From a virus (Duplodnaviria > Heunggongvirae > Uroviricota > Caudoviricetes), in IMG/VR virus record IMGVR_UViG_2778261375_000003: a stretch of 64,000 nucleotides of DNA; one strand, given 5' to 3'. Within the stretch, counting starts at the first letter, position 1; each line of letters starts with the position of its first letter. Shown piece after piece: positions 32,230-40,314 of this stretch. The notes beneath the pieces were generated by a model. The model saw only the letters and a list, made by a program, of their open reading frames with translations. It had not been told where the DNA came from and did not search any database. The position numbers and the translations under genes were made by a program.

Positions 32230-33344
32230 GAACGTCATTAGTCACCCGTGAAGAGATGATCGAGGCAATTGAACAGCACACTGCCTGTATCAGTACCAGG
32301 GATATACCAGGCGTTATTGCCAACTACTTCATGATCACCAAACAACTTTACCGGAGAAAGGACAAGAACGCGGTTCACCGTATCCTGTTGTCTGATATCC
32401 GCGAATACCTGCTCGAACAGGGTCATCTGAATTACGCAACCGTCGCAGCCGAAGCACGCAAGGAGGCACACAGAATGAAAGCAACTAACGTTAAATCAGA
32501 AAAAATTCATGCACCTTCAGTTCAGGAATCGGAGCTGGTGGTTGTTCAGAATCAGTCTGATGAAATTCCCGTTCTGGAATGGCAGGGAGTGCGTGTAGTG
32601 ACAACCGAGACTCTTGCTAGAGGGTATGGGACAGAAACAATCCGTATTCGCCAAAATCATCATGAGAACAAAGTACGCTTTGTTGAAGGGAAGCACTTTT
32701 TCAAAGTTGAAGGAGAATCATTGCGCGAGTTGAAGCACAGAGTAGCTTTAAACTACTCTGTAAAAATTGCTCGCAATGTTCGCTCACTCACCCTCTGGAC
32801 AGAACGCGGCGCAGCCCGCCACGCTAAAATGCTCGAAACCGATCAGGCATGGGCATTCTTTGAAAAACTGGAAGACAGCTACTTCCGACAAAAAGAACAG
32901 CAACCGATCGCAATCCCCCAGACGCTTCCTGAAGCCCTACGCCTGGCTGCCGAACTGGCTGAACAAAAGCAACTTCTGGAACAGAAAGCCCACCAGCTAA
33001 ATCAGCAGCTGGTGGCCGCCGCTCCTAAAGTCGATTTTGCCGACCGGGTATCAGTAGCTAAAGGGATCCTGATTGGGAATTTTGCAAAGGTTGTTGGACT
33101 TAAGCAAAACGCGCTGTTTGTCTGGTTACGGGAGAACGGCATCCTGATAGCGTCCGGTGGACGTAAAAATGTGCCGTTCCAGCAGTACATCAACGCGGGG
33201 TATTTCACGGTGAAAGAAGTGGTGCTGGATGATGAAGATGGCTACCAGATACGGTTGACGCCTCAATTAACGGGTAAAGGCCAGCAGTGGTTGACGCGTA
33301 AACTGCTCGATGCTGGCTTGTTAAAACCGGTGGCAGCTGAATAA
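32226..33344 (+). CDS. antirepressor-like protein (Rha/ORF6N-type N-terminal domain)
   Basis: 372 aa; IPVLEWQGVRVVTTETLARGYG...VRFVEGKHFFKVEGESL resembles phage antirepressor N-domains; in-frame internal Met near residue 84 would give a shorter isoform. Confidence 0.55.
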   Translation: MRTSLVTREEMIEAIEQHTACISTRDIPGVIANYFMITKQLYRRKDKNAVHRILLSDIREYLLEQGHLNYATVAAEARKEAHRMKATNVKSEKIHAPSVQESELVVVQNQSDEIPVLEWQGVRVVTTETLARGYGTETIRIRQNHHENKVRFVEGKHFFKVEGESLRELKHRVALNYSVKIARNVRSLTLWTERGAARHAKMLETDQAWAFFEKLEDSYFRQKEQQPIAIPQTLPEALRLAAELAEQKQLLEQKAHQLNQQLVAAAPKVDFADRVSVAKGILIGNFAKVVGLKQNALFVWLRENGILIASGGRKNVPFQQYINAGYFTVKEVVLDDEDGYQIRLTPQLTGKGQQWLTRKLLDAGLLKPVAAE

Positions 33345-33376
33345 TGGAAGAATGCCCGGTTGATGCCGGGCATAAT

Positions 33377-34228
33377 TTATTGCGCGCTTTCGGGGTTGTC
33401 GTTTACTGGCTGCCCCTTCTTGGTTTTACGGCTGCGCGTAACTGATGCGGCTGACTTAACCTTTTTCTCTTCGCGAGTGATGGCAATTTGTTTTTTTACA
33501 TTTTCAATATCTGCCAGGCGATATATTTTTGCTTGCGGCCAGCGGTCGCAGATGATCGGTTCTATGGAGTCATAAAGGCTAAATTTTGCTTTTTCGAATT
33601 CACCGTTGATGATAATTCCATCACGGAGAGTTTCATCGCAGATAAACACGCCACACAGTGGCACATGGTAACTAACTGATTTACCATCATTGTAGTTAGG
33701 GCTACTGGAAATGTAGTGGACGCGCAGCATTGTTTCGCTAAAGCCGTGTACGCGCATACGGAATTTTTCATCCTCCGGGTACTGCCTCATTAGCTCTTTT
33801 GTTGCTTCCAGGTTCTCTATGTATTTCGCACTGTGCTCATTGATCCCCGCGCTTTTTTGGATGCGAATGTCCTTATCAATCAGATGAATAATGCGGCCAG
33901 CGGTCATGTTGACGCTGTTCACAGCTTCTGTCTGATAAGTTGTAACCTTGCGCACACCGCGAAGGATGTTAGGCACTGGATATAAAATAGTCTTTGGGAT
34001 ATTGAGGTCTGGGTACTGTTCCAGTTCCCGCGCCATTAAAGTCCATTTATCAATTTCAGCCTGAATGCTGTCAGTTTCTTTGAACGGTAGAACGACAACC
34101 GGGCGTACAGGACGACCGTCGCTGGCTGTATCAACGTGTTGGGCGCGTGCAACGGCTTTTTTTAGAAAGAGATCCCTGAAGCTGACGAACTCCTGGTACA
34201 GTTGTTCGCCGTAGACATAATTTATCAT
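33377..34228 (-). CDS. c1: C1 repressor of lysis
   Basis: 283 aa beginning MINYVYGEQLYQEF; upstream coi and operator cluster; many cognate 17-bp operators in the window. Confidence 0.85.
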   Translation of the reverse strand: MINYVYGEQLYQEFVSFRDLFLKKAVARAQHVDTASDGRPVRPVVVLPFKETDSIQAEIDKWTLMARELEQYPDLNIPKTILYPVPNILRGVRKVTTYQTEAVNSVNMTAGRIIHLIDKDIRIQKSAGINEHSAKYIENLEATKELMRQYPEDEKFRMRVHGFSETMLRVHYISSSPNYNDGKSVSYHVPLCGVFICDETLRDGIIINGEFEKAKFSLYDSIEPIICDRWPQAKIYRLADIENVKKQIAITREEKKVKSAASVTRSRKTKKGQPVNDNPESAQ

Positions 34229-34322
34229 TGATCCTCCTCCAGAATTGACATGGTCAATAACGCCCGGCTGAGAAAACCGGTCATTACTGACCTATATTAT
34301 AGAGGGATCAAACAAAAATAAT

Positions 34323-34339
34323 AGATTTATTAGTGCATT
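34323..34339 (-). promoter_or_regulatory. C1 operator-like site between coi and c1
   Basis: gatttattagtgcattt is the reverse complement of an operator variant (3 mismatches). Confidence 0.5.
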
Positions 34340-34548
34340 TATTGTGAGTCTAACTGGTTAGTTGCCATGAGATATTCGATTGTGTCAGTGAGGTCATCCA
34401 GGTCGTCTTGGGTGATGCGGTACTCCTGATTGGATATCTTTGAGTAGTGTTCAGCAATGGCGCGGGCAGCGTCGGTTTCGGCAGGGTCTACAGATAAAGC
34501 GTTAGAGCAATGTCTAACGTCGTCGATGGTTGGTTGAATGAAAGCCAT
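34339..34548 (-). CDS. coi: C1 inactivator Coi
   Basis: 69-aa ORF directly upstream of c1 on the same strand. Confidence 0.75.
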   Translation of the reverse strand: MAFIQPTIDDVRHCSNALSVDPAETDAARAIAEHYSKISNQEYRITQDDLDDLTDTIEYLMATNQLDSQ

Positions 34549-34786
34549 AATTATGCCTCACTGTATTGACAACACAGAGCCTGAAGCTCTGACCTACTGT
34601 TTCACCCATGATCCATGCTGGGGTAATCTAACAACATTGCGCTGTGTGTAAGATGAGCAATGCATAGCTGTAATGCCGTTGTATAAGGTTTCCCTGTTTG
34701 CTCATTTCCTTCTGAGCCGCTCTACAACGCTGAAGACACATTAAATAGTGAATCCAAAGTCGTATTACGTAACGTCGGCAAAACTA

Positions 34787-34803
34787 TAATTTATTAGAGC
34801 AAT
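34787..34803 (-). promoter_or_regulatory. C1 operator
   Basis: taatttattagagcaat is the reverse complement of ATTGCTCTAATAAATTA. Confidence 0.7.
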
Positions 34804-34869
34804 TGTCAAACAACTATGAAAAACAATCCAGTTTTTAGCTGGTGGAGTGGGATTTTTCTCTCAAAATTT

Positions 34870-34886
34870 ATTGCTCTAATAATTCT
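34870..34886 (+). promoter_or_regulatory. C1 operator
   Basis: ATTGCTCTAATAATTCT. Confidence 0.7.
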
Positions 34887-34920
34887 TGATTTTTATGCGC
34901 AGCTGGACGTAAACTCCTCT

Positions 34921-34954
34921 TCAGACCTAATAACTTCGTATAGCATACATTATA
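34921..34954. other. loxP: loxP site-specific recombination site
   Basis: exact ATAACTTCGTATA-GCATACAT-TATACGAAGTTAT. Confidence 0.98.
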
Positions 34955-35144
34955 CGAAGTTATCTTAAGGGTTATTGAACATGATCAATTTACCTGTAAA
35001 TCCATACAGTTCAATACCTTATCAGGTCAAATAGTGATCATTTGATCAAGGTTGCGCTACGTAAAATCTGCGAAATGTTGGCAGTGTTAGTGCTCCAGAT
35101 TTCGCGTAGCGCACTTAGCACCACCAATCAATCAGAGGTGAAAA

Positions 35145-35366
35145 ATGGGATATTCAGCTGCTAAAGTGTCCACTCATATTGAGCTTGAGAAAAACCGTGG
35201 TTACTGGCGGGCAAAAGGGTTTGATTGTGATAGTTGTCAACTGTCATTATCGCGCGGTGAAGAGAAAATAGAACGCACGCGCGGTCGCTGGCGTTTCTAT
35301 GACGAGAACCATAAACAGGTAAAGGCAGAGCCGATCCTGTACACTTTACTTAAAACCATTATCTGA
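35145..35366 (+). CDS. hypothetical small basic protein (73 aa) between loxP and cre
   Basis: ATG preceded by gaggtg RBS; stop 8 bp before the cre start. Confidence 0.4.
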   Translation: MGYSAAKVSTHIELEKNRGYWRAKGFDCDSCQLSLSRGEEKIERTRGRWRFYDENHKQVKAEPILYTLLKTII

Positions 35367-35373
35367 GTGTTAA

Positions 35374-36405
35374 ATGTCCAATTTACTGACCGTACACCAA
35401 AATTTGCCTGCATTACCGGTCGATGCAACGAGTGATGAGGTTCGCAAGAACCTGATGGACATGTTCAGGGATCGCCAGGCGTTTTCTGAGCATACCTGGA
35501 AAATGCTTCTGTCCGTTTGCCGGTCGTGGGCGGCATGGTGCAAGTTGAATAACCGGAAATGGTTTCCCGCAGAACCTGAAGATGTTCGCGATTATCTTCT
35601 ATATCTTCAGGCGCGCGGTCTGGCAGTAAAAACTATCCAGCAACATTTGGGCCAGCTAAACATGCTTCATCGTCGGTCCGGGCTGCCACGACCAAGTGAC
35701 AGCAACGCTGTTTCACTGGTCATGCGGCGGATCCGAAAAGAAAACGTTGATGCCGGTGAACGTGCAAAACAGGCACTAGCGTTCGAACGCACTGATTTCG
35801 ACCAGGTTCGTTCACTCATGGAAAATAGCGATCGCTGCCAGGATATACGTAATCTGGCATTTCTGGGGATTGCTTATAACACCCTGTTACGTATAGCCGA
35901 AATTGCCAGGATCAGGGTTAAAGATATCTCACGTACTGACGGTGGGAGAATGTTAATCCATATTGGCAGAACGAAAACGCTGGTTAGCACCGCAGGTGTA
36001 GAGAAGGCACTTAGCCTGGGGGTAACTAAACTGGTCGAGCGATGGATTTCTGTCTCTGGTGTGGCTGATGATCCGAATAACTACTTGTTTTGCCGGGTCA
36101 GAAAAAATGGTGTTGCCTCGCCATCATCCACCAGCCAGCTATCAACTCGCGCCCTGGAAGGGATTTTTGAAGCAACTCACCGATTGATTTACGGGGCTAA
36201 GGATGACTCTGGTCAGAGGTACCTGGCCTGGTCTGGACACAGTGCCCGTGTCGGAGCCGCGCGAGATATGGCCCGCGCCGGAGTTTCAATACCGGAGATC
36301 ATGCAAGCTGGTGGCTGGACCAACGTAAATATTGTCATGAACTATATCCGTAATCTGGATAGTGAAACGGGGGCAATGGTGCGCCTGCTGGAAGATGGTG
36401 ATTAG
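35374..36405 (+). CDS. cre: Cre tyrosine recombinase
   Basis: 343 aa beginning MSNLLTVHQNLPALPVDATSDEVRKNLMDMFRDRQAFSEHTWK; near-identical to Cre as recalled, with a few substitutions (e.g. VASPSSTSQ). Confidence 0.97.
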   Translation: MSNLLTVHQNLPALPVDATSDEVRKNLMDMFRDRQAFSEHTWKMLLSVCRSWAAWCKLNNRKWFPAEPEDVRDYLLYLQARGLAVKTIQQHLGQLNMLHRRSGLPRPSDSNAVSLVMRRIRKENVDAGERAKQALAFERTDFDQVRSLMENSDRCQDIRNLAFLGIAYNTLLRIAEIARIRVKDISRTDGGRMLIHIGRTKTLVSTAGVEKALSLGVTKLVERWISVSGVADDPNNYLFCRVRKNGVASPSSTSQLSTRALEGIFEATHRLIYGAKDDSGQRYLAWSGHSARVGAARDMARAGVSIPEIMQAGGWTNVNIVMNYIRNLDSETGAMVRLLEDGD

Positions 36406-36422
36406 CCGTCAACGCATAATAA

Positions 36423-36439
36423 ATTGCTCTAATTATTTG
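36423..36439 (+). promoter_or_regulatory. C1 operator upstream of cra
   Basis: ATTGCTCTAATTATTTG. Confidence 0.65.
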
Positions 36440-36455
36440 ATATTTATGGTGGCAT

Positions 36456-36767
36456 ATGAGAAAGGATTTCAACATCGACGGAAAATATGTAGTGCTGTCT
36501 GTAAGCACTAATATTCAGTCGCCAGCCGTCATTGTCACTGTAAAGCTGAGCGATAGAATGCCTGATATTGACTCAATATCCGTTGCGTTTCCTGTCAAAA
36601 GTATGCGTAGTGCTGAACATTTCGTAATGAATGCCACCGAGGAAGAAGCACGGCGCGGTCTTGGTAAAGTGATGTCTGAGTTTGTCGAATTTCTGGGGCT
36701 CGTTAACAAAGCCCTCACAATCAGTTCAGCAAGGTCCAAAGCGTTAACAGCTTCCATGATGAAATAA
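36456..36767 (+). CDS. cra: small protein downstream of cre (Cra-like by position)
   Basis: 103-aa ORF between cre and ref; name from P1 synteny only. Confidence 0.5.
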   Translation: MRKDFNIDGKYVVLSVSTNIQSPAVIVTVKLSDRMPDIDSISVAFPVKSMRSAEHFVMNATEEEARRGLGKVMSEFVEFLGLVNKALTISSARSKALTASMMK

Positions 36768-36791
36768 AAAAAAGCCTGGCAAGGAGCCAGG
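36764..36791 (-). terminator. hairpin with A/T run between cra and ref
   Basis: gcctggc-aagga-gccaggc stem-loop preceded by 8 A on the plus strand (= T-run on minus strand). Confidence 0.4.
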
Positions 36792-36899
36792 CTGCACAAA
36801 AGAGCGGGTTTGTATTCCGCATCCAATCAATCAAGAAGGAGTATAGCACACAGGTACTGAAGTGAAAAAATGTGATTCGCGATAAACAAAATATCTACC

Positions 36900-36929
36900 A
36901 TTGCTCTAATTGATTGCTATAATTGAGCC
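36900..36929 (+). promoter_or_regulatory. tandem overlapping C1 operators with embedded TATAAT (ref promoter region)
   Basis: ATTGCTCTAATTGATTG (36900-36916) and ATTGCTATAATTGAGCC (36913-36929). Confidence 0.7.
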
Positions 36930-36982
36930 GCAGTTTTTGTCAACTACGAAGACGTGCCATTACTTAACTCCTTGACATCATA

Positions 36983-37008
36983 GGCGGCCATTAGGCCGCC
37001 TTTTTTTT
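36983..37008 (+). terminator. Rho-independent terminator-like hairpin immediately upstream of the ref start codon
   Basis: ggcggcc-atta-ggccgcc followed by 8 T, ending 7 nt before the ref ATG. Confidence 0.5.
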
Positions 37009-37014
37009 GACCAT

Positions 37015-37575
37015 ATGAAAACAATCGAACAAAAAATTGAACAGTGCCGCAAGTGGCAGAAGGCAGCCAGAGAACGAGCGATCGCTCGGCAACGGGAGAA
37101 GTTGGCTGATCCGGTCTGGCGAGAATCTCAATATCAGAAAATGCGGGATACTATCGACCGCCGTATCGCTAAACAGAAAGAGCGCCCACCAGCCAGCAAA
37201 ACGCGGAAAAGCGCGGTAAAAATAAAATCTCGTGGCTTGAAGGGGAGAACACCAACGGCGGAGGAACGGCGCATCGCCAATGCTCTTGGCGCTCTCCCCT
37301 GCATTGCCTGCTACATGCATGGAGTAATATCTGAAGAGGTGTCTCTGCACCATATCTCCGGTCGTACCGCGCCGGGTTGTCACAAAAAGCAATTGCCCCT
37401 TTGCAGATGGCACCACCAGCATGCAGCACCGGCTGAAGTAAGAGAAAAATACCCTTGGCTGGTCCCTGTTCATGCCGATGGTGTGGTTGGAGGCAAGAAA
37501 GAATTCACCTTGCTGAACAAGTCAGAGATGGAGTTACTGGCTGACGCCTATGAGATGGCAAACATCATGCACTAA
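37015..37575 (+). CDS. ref: Ref recombination-enhancement HNH endonuclease
   Basis: 186 aa; basic N-terminus and HNH-like CHKKQLPLCRWHHQH motif; C1 operators upstream. Confidence 0.85.
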   Translation: MKTIEQKIEQCRKWQKAARERAIARQREKLADPVWRESQYQKMRDTIDRRIAKQKERPPASKTRKSAVKIKSRGLKGRTPTAEERRIANALGALPCIACYMHGVISEEVSLHHISGRTAPGCHKKQLPLCRWHHQHAAPAEVREKYPWLVPVHADGVVGGKKEFTLLNKSEMELLADAYEMANIMH

Positions 37576-37736
37576 TAAATATATTATTTTTAATGATAAA
37601 TGATTGACAACTGACAAGTGACTTCAGTCAGAATCATCACACGCCCGGTACGGATGGATCCCTTTTCAAATATTCCATGGACGGCACAGTCTGAGTACCG
37701 GGCGCTACCTTCAGTTGTATTGCTAAGCCGCCGCTG

Positions 37737-38405
37737 GTGGCTTTTCTTTTTTGTAGGGGCGCTATGGATAAGAAAATATGCGTTGTTTCGATGAGCGTCG
37801 GCAAACCGGCGTCAATGACTGCTGCATGGATCAATAACGAGCTGATAATGGCTGAGCGGACCAGCTACCCTGAACGCCGCCGCGACATGGAACTCCAGCT
37901 GCTGCGCGAATTGCGAGAAAAAGAGGAAAAGGGTTTTATCGTGCTGGTGGAAGAGGAAAACAGCTTTATTACTGGTCGAGTTGGCCAGCGTGTAAGGTTG
38001 CGCGATCCCTTCATGAACGGCAGGCCGGTACTAATTGAGGCAATGCAGATTTATAAGGAGCTGGAACGCCAGAAAGCAATCAAGTTACCGCGCAAGGAAT
38101 CCGGCAAATACATCCTCCACCAAAGCATCTTCGATTCCGAACACGATAAAAAAGGCGATGAATTTTTCAACATCAATTGGAGCGAAATAACGACAGAGCA
38201 TGTTCTGACGTTACTCTGTTGCTTTGCGACGGAATACAACAACGTTGCCAGCGCCGACTACATCAGGGCAATGGCTTGTGAAGTGGATAGTCGTGATGAC
38301 TCATCGCTGATAGCGTCATATATAAACATCATCAAGAAAACTCAAATTATGGGATGCGCTAGAGTTCCTCAAGGAATACTCACCGGAAAGAATAATATTC
38401 TATAA
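37737..38405 (+). CDS. mat: Mat-like protein (by position)
   Basis: ORF downstream of ref; the track start overlaps a hairpin with T-run, so the true start may be the ATG at 37764; name from P1 synteny. Confidence 0.5.
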   Translation: MAFLFCRGAMDKKICVVSMSVGKPASMTAAWINNELIMAERTSYPERRRDMELQLLRELREKEEKGFIVLVEEENSFITGRVGQRVRLRDPFMNGRPVLIEAMQIYKELERQKAIKLPRKESGKYILHQSIFDSEHDKKGDEFFNINWSEITTEHVLTLLCCFATEYNNVASADYIRAMACEVDSRDDSSLIASYINIIKKTQIMGCARVPQGILTGKNNIL

Positions 38406-38469
38406 CCTACGAAGGTTATTTGTTACTTTCTGCGTAAACCTACAACTAACCTTCCTAAGTTAAGGAAGG
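38404..38469. terminator. bidirectional terminator zone between convergent mat and the AT-rich gene
   Basis: hairpins aacctacgaaggtt and ccttcct-aagtta-aggaagg with T-rich flanks. Confidence 0.45.
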
Positions 38470-38502
38470 TATTTATCATGAAGTGTAGACATAAGCGTAT
38501 TA

Positions 38503-39543
38503 TTACATGGGCTTAACCACAACCTTTCCGTATATATCAAGTTTTGAATGTAATACGTTGACGTGAGACAATTCTTTATTCGAACTAACTTTATCTAAAA
38601 TTATATTTTTATCTTTTTCAGTCATGTTATACCCTAAGGTAATTTGCTTGAATGCAGAAAAAGGAATTTTCTTTAAGTTAATTTCATGATAGTCATGAAA
38701 AACATCAGGATACTCATTTAATAGGCAGTCATCAATCGATGGAGAGACAATGCTTCCTATTTTTCTCTCGCAATCAGCCAATGGAAAAATAATTCTACTT
38801 TCATTTTCAGGAAGCCACTCTTCACCTTTTGTATAAAGAAGCCTATTAATAAAAAGCTCGCGAACTGAATCTCGATTTAAGATCCCATGCAATGTATTAT
38901 CTTTATTCTTTATATCTATATTCCTCGATGGCGCAGGATAGCCATTAAATCGCACAGCGCCTTTATAATAGGTTACAGATGCTCTATCTTCTGGATTATA
39001 ACTAACATCACACGGCCGATATATTTTGAAAAAATCGTGTGTTTCATCGAAAACTACAGCAAACCCCTTTCCTATCGATGCATAATGAGTCCACATGTGT
39101 AGATTGCAATCACTTTTTGATAGAGAGAACACACCAAGATGACAGCTTACGGCTTCTACTAAATAATCGTTAAGGTACGTTACTATTTCTTGGAGTTTAG
39201 ATTCATCATATGAATCCATTGAGGTAAAACCTTCATTGATTAACAAGTGTGGAAAATCCTCTCCGTATCGTTTCCCGCAAGGTTTTAAATAATACTCTAA
39301 CTCTTGTATAGATGGGACATAAGATGGATCTCGTTGCATTTTCTTAAATTCATTTCTAGCCCATGCGTAATCGGCTGGTGAAAATTTATTAAAAAATGGA
39401 AGAAGTCGCGACTCACTCGACGGATCATTAAGATACTTTGGTTGCGTTGCTCTAAAGAAACCATCCTCCAGACAAGATGTTCTAATGTGCATGCCCGGCC
39501 AAGGTTTATCCATATAACTCTCGCCTATATATTTAACTAACAC
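38503..39543 (-). CDS. AT-rich 346-aa protein of unknown function at the R-M (res-mod) locus; candidate defence/accessory gene, possibly DUF2971-like
   Basis: single markedly AT-rich ORF between mat and lxc with terminators on both sides; motifs KY...LNDP and GVFSLS...MWTHYA...GFAVVFDE recall the DUF2971 pattern (from memory, unverified); GTG start. Confidence 0.7.
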   Translation of the reverse strand: MLVKYIGESYMDKPWPGMHIRTSCLEDGFFRATQPKYLNDPSSESRLLPFFNKFSPADYAWARNEFKKMQRDPSYVPSIQELEYYLKPCGKRYGEDFPHLLINEGFTSMDSYDESKLQEIVTYLNDYLVEAVSCHLGVFSLSKSDCNLHMWTHYASIGKGFAVVFDETHDFFKIYRPCDVSYNPEDRASVTYYKGAVRFNGYPAPSRNIDIKNKDNTLHGILNRDSVRELFINRLLYTKGEEWLPENESRIIFPLADCERKIGSIVSPSIDDCLLNEYPDVFHDYHEINLKKIPFSAFKQITLGYNMTEKDKNIILDKVSSNKELSHVNVLHSKLDIYGKVVVKPM

Positions 39544-39566
39544 TGTATGTCGATCCTGTTGTTTAA

Positions 39567-39584
39567 GCCCATATCATATGGGCT
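39567..39584. terminator. palindromic hairpin between lxc and the AT-rich gene
   Basis: gcccatat-c-atatgggc perfect palindrome. Confidence 0.35.
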
Positions 39585-39595
39585 TTAAATGATTA

Positions 39596-39844
39596 TTAAT
39601 CAGCATTCAGAAGCAATGCGTTATCTATGATGATCTGCTCCCATTCTTCGAATGCCCGATCGCGGACACCTTGGGGAACACTGTTAGTTTTGAAATCGAC
39701 GACCGTCCGCCATTTCCCGTCCGGGCGGTACATGCGCAGAGCTTTACTTCCCCCTTCCCTGCGCACCTCAACGTTATGCTTGTCAGCAAACTCTTGTAAT
39801 GCTCGTAGCGTCCCATGCTTTACTGTGTAGTATCGCTTTTTCAA
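39596..39844 (-). CDS. lxc: small regulatory protein (Lxc/Bof-like by position)
   Basis: 82-aa basic protein immediately upstream of ulx-darB; name from P1 synteny and size. Confidence 0.5.
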   Translation of the reverse strand: MKKRYYTVKHGTLRALQEFADKHNVEVRREGGSKALRMYRPDGKWRTVVDFKTNSVPQGVRDRAFEEWEQIIIDNALLLNAD

Positions 39845-40281
39845 GTTTTCTCTCCAGCCTGTGCCAAGGCTTCAACTTCCAAATCGTAAGACTCAAACTC
39901 ATAGTCCTGGTCGTCAACTTCTTCAGGCACTGGCAGTAAATGCCAGGCTGAGTATATCTGACCATTATCAAAACGCTCCTGGCTGTAGAGCGTCGCGGCT
40001 ATGAGTGTTAGCGCCGGGCGGTCATAACGGTAAATTTTGCGAACGTCACGGTCAACGAGACGACCGAAATTACCATAACCGCGCTCCAGTAATAATTTTT
40101 TAATTTCCGGCCAGTATGGACCATAGCTGCGGTACAGGCGGGGATTTTTCAGTAATCGCCCGCGTAGCCCTGACAGGAAGAAATCAACGTATTCGTCTTC
40201 TGTCTTTCCTAACAACGCCGTACGCAGTACCGCCTCAAGATATGTTTTATTCGGTTTTATTGTATCAGATAGTGTGGCCAT
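39841..40281 (-). CDS. ulx: Ulx-like protein (146 aa)
   Basis: ORF directly downstream of darB in the same operon; name from P1 synteny. Confidence 0.5.
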   Translation of the reverse strand: MATLSDTIKPNKTYLEAVLRTALLGKTEDEYVDFFLSGLRGRLLKNPRLYRSYGPYWPEIKKLLLERGYGNFGRLVDRDVRKIYRYDRPALTLIAATLYSQERFDNGQIYSAWHLLPVPEEVDDQDYEFESYDLEVEALAQAGEKT

Positions 40282-40314
40282 ATTATGCGACGCCCGGCGA
40301 ACCGGGCGCTCCTG

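Noticed and set aside
34816-34968. Short ORF (about 50 codons) reading through loxP
   Set aside because: Runs across operator sites and the loxP core with no RBS; probably a chance frame in the regulatory region.
36991-37473. 160-aa minus-strand ORF overlapping ref
   Set aside because: Antisense to the HNH-motif-containing ref frame, which is supported by its upstream operators.
38405-39595. Expected res and mod type III restriction-modification genes
   Set aside because: No ORF of the required size (about 970 and 650 aa) or with methyltransferase/helicase motifs exists between mat and lxc; the locus holds the 346-aa gene instead.
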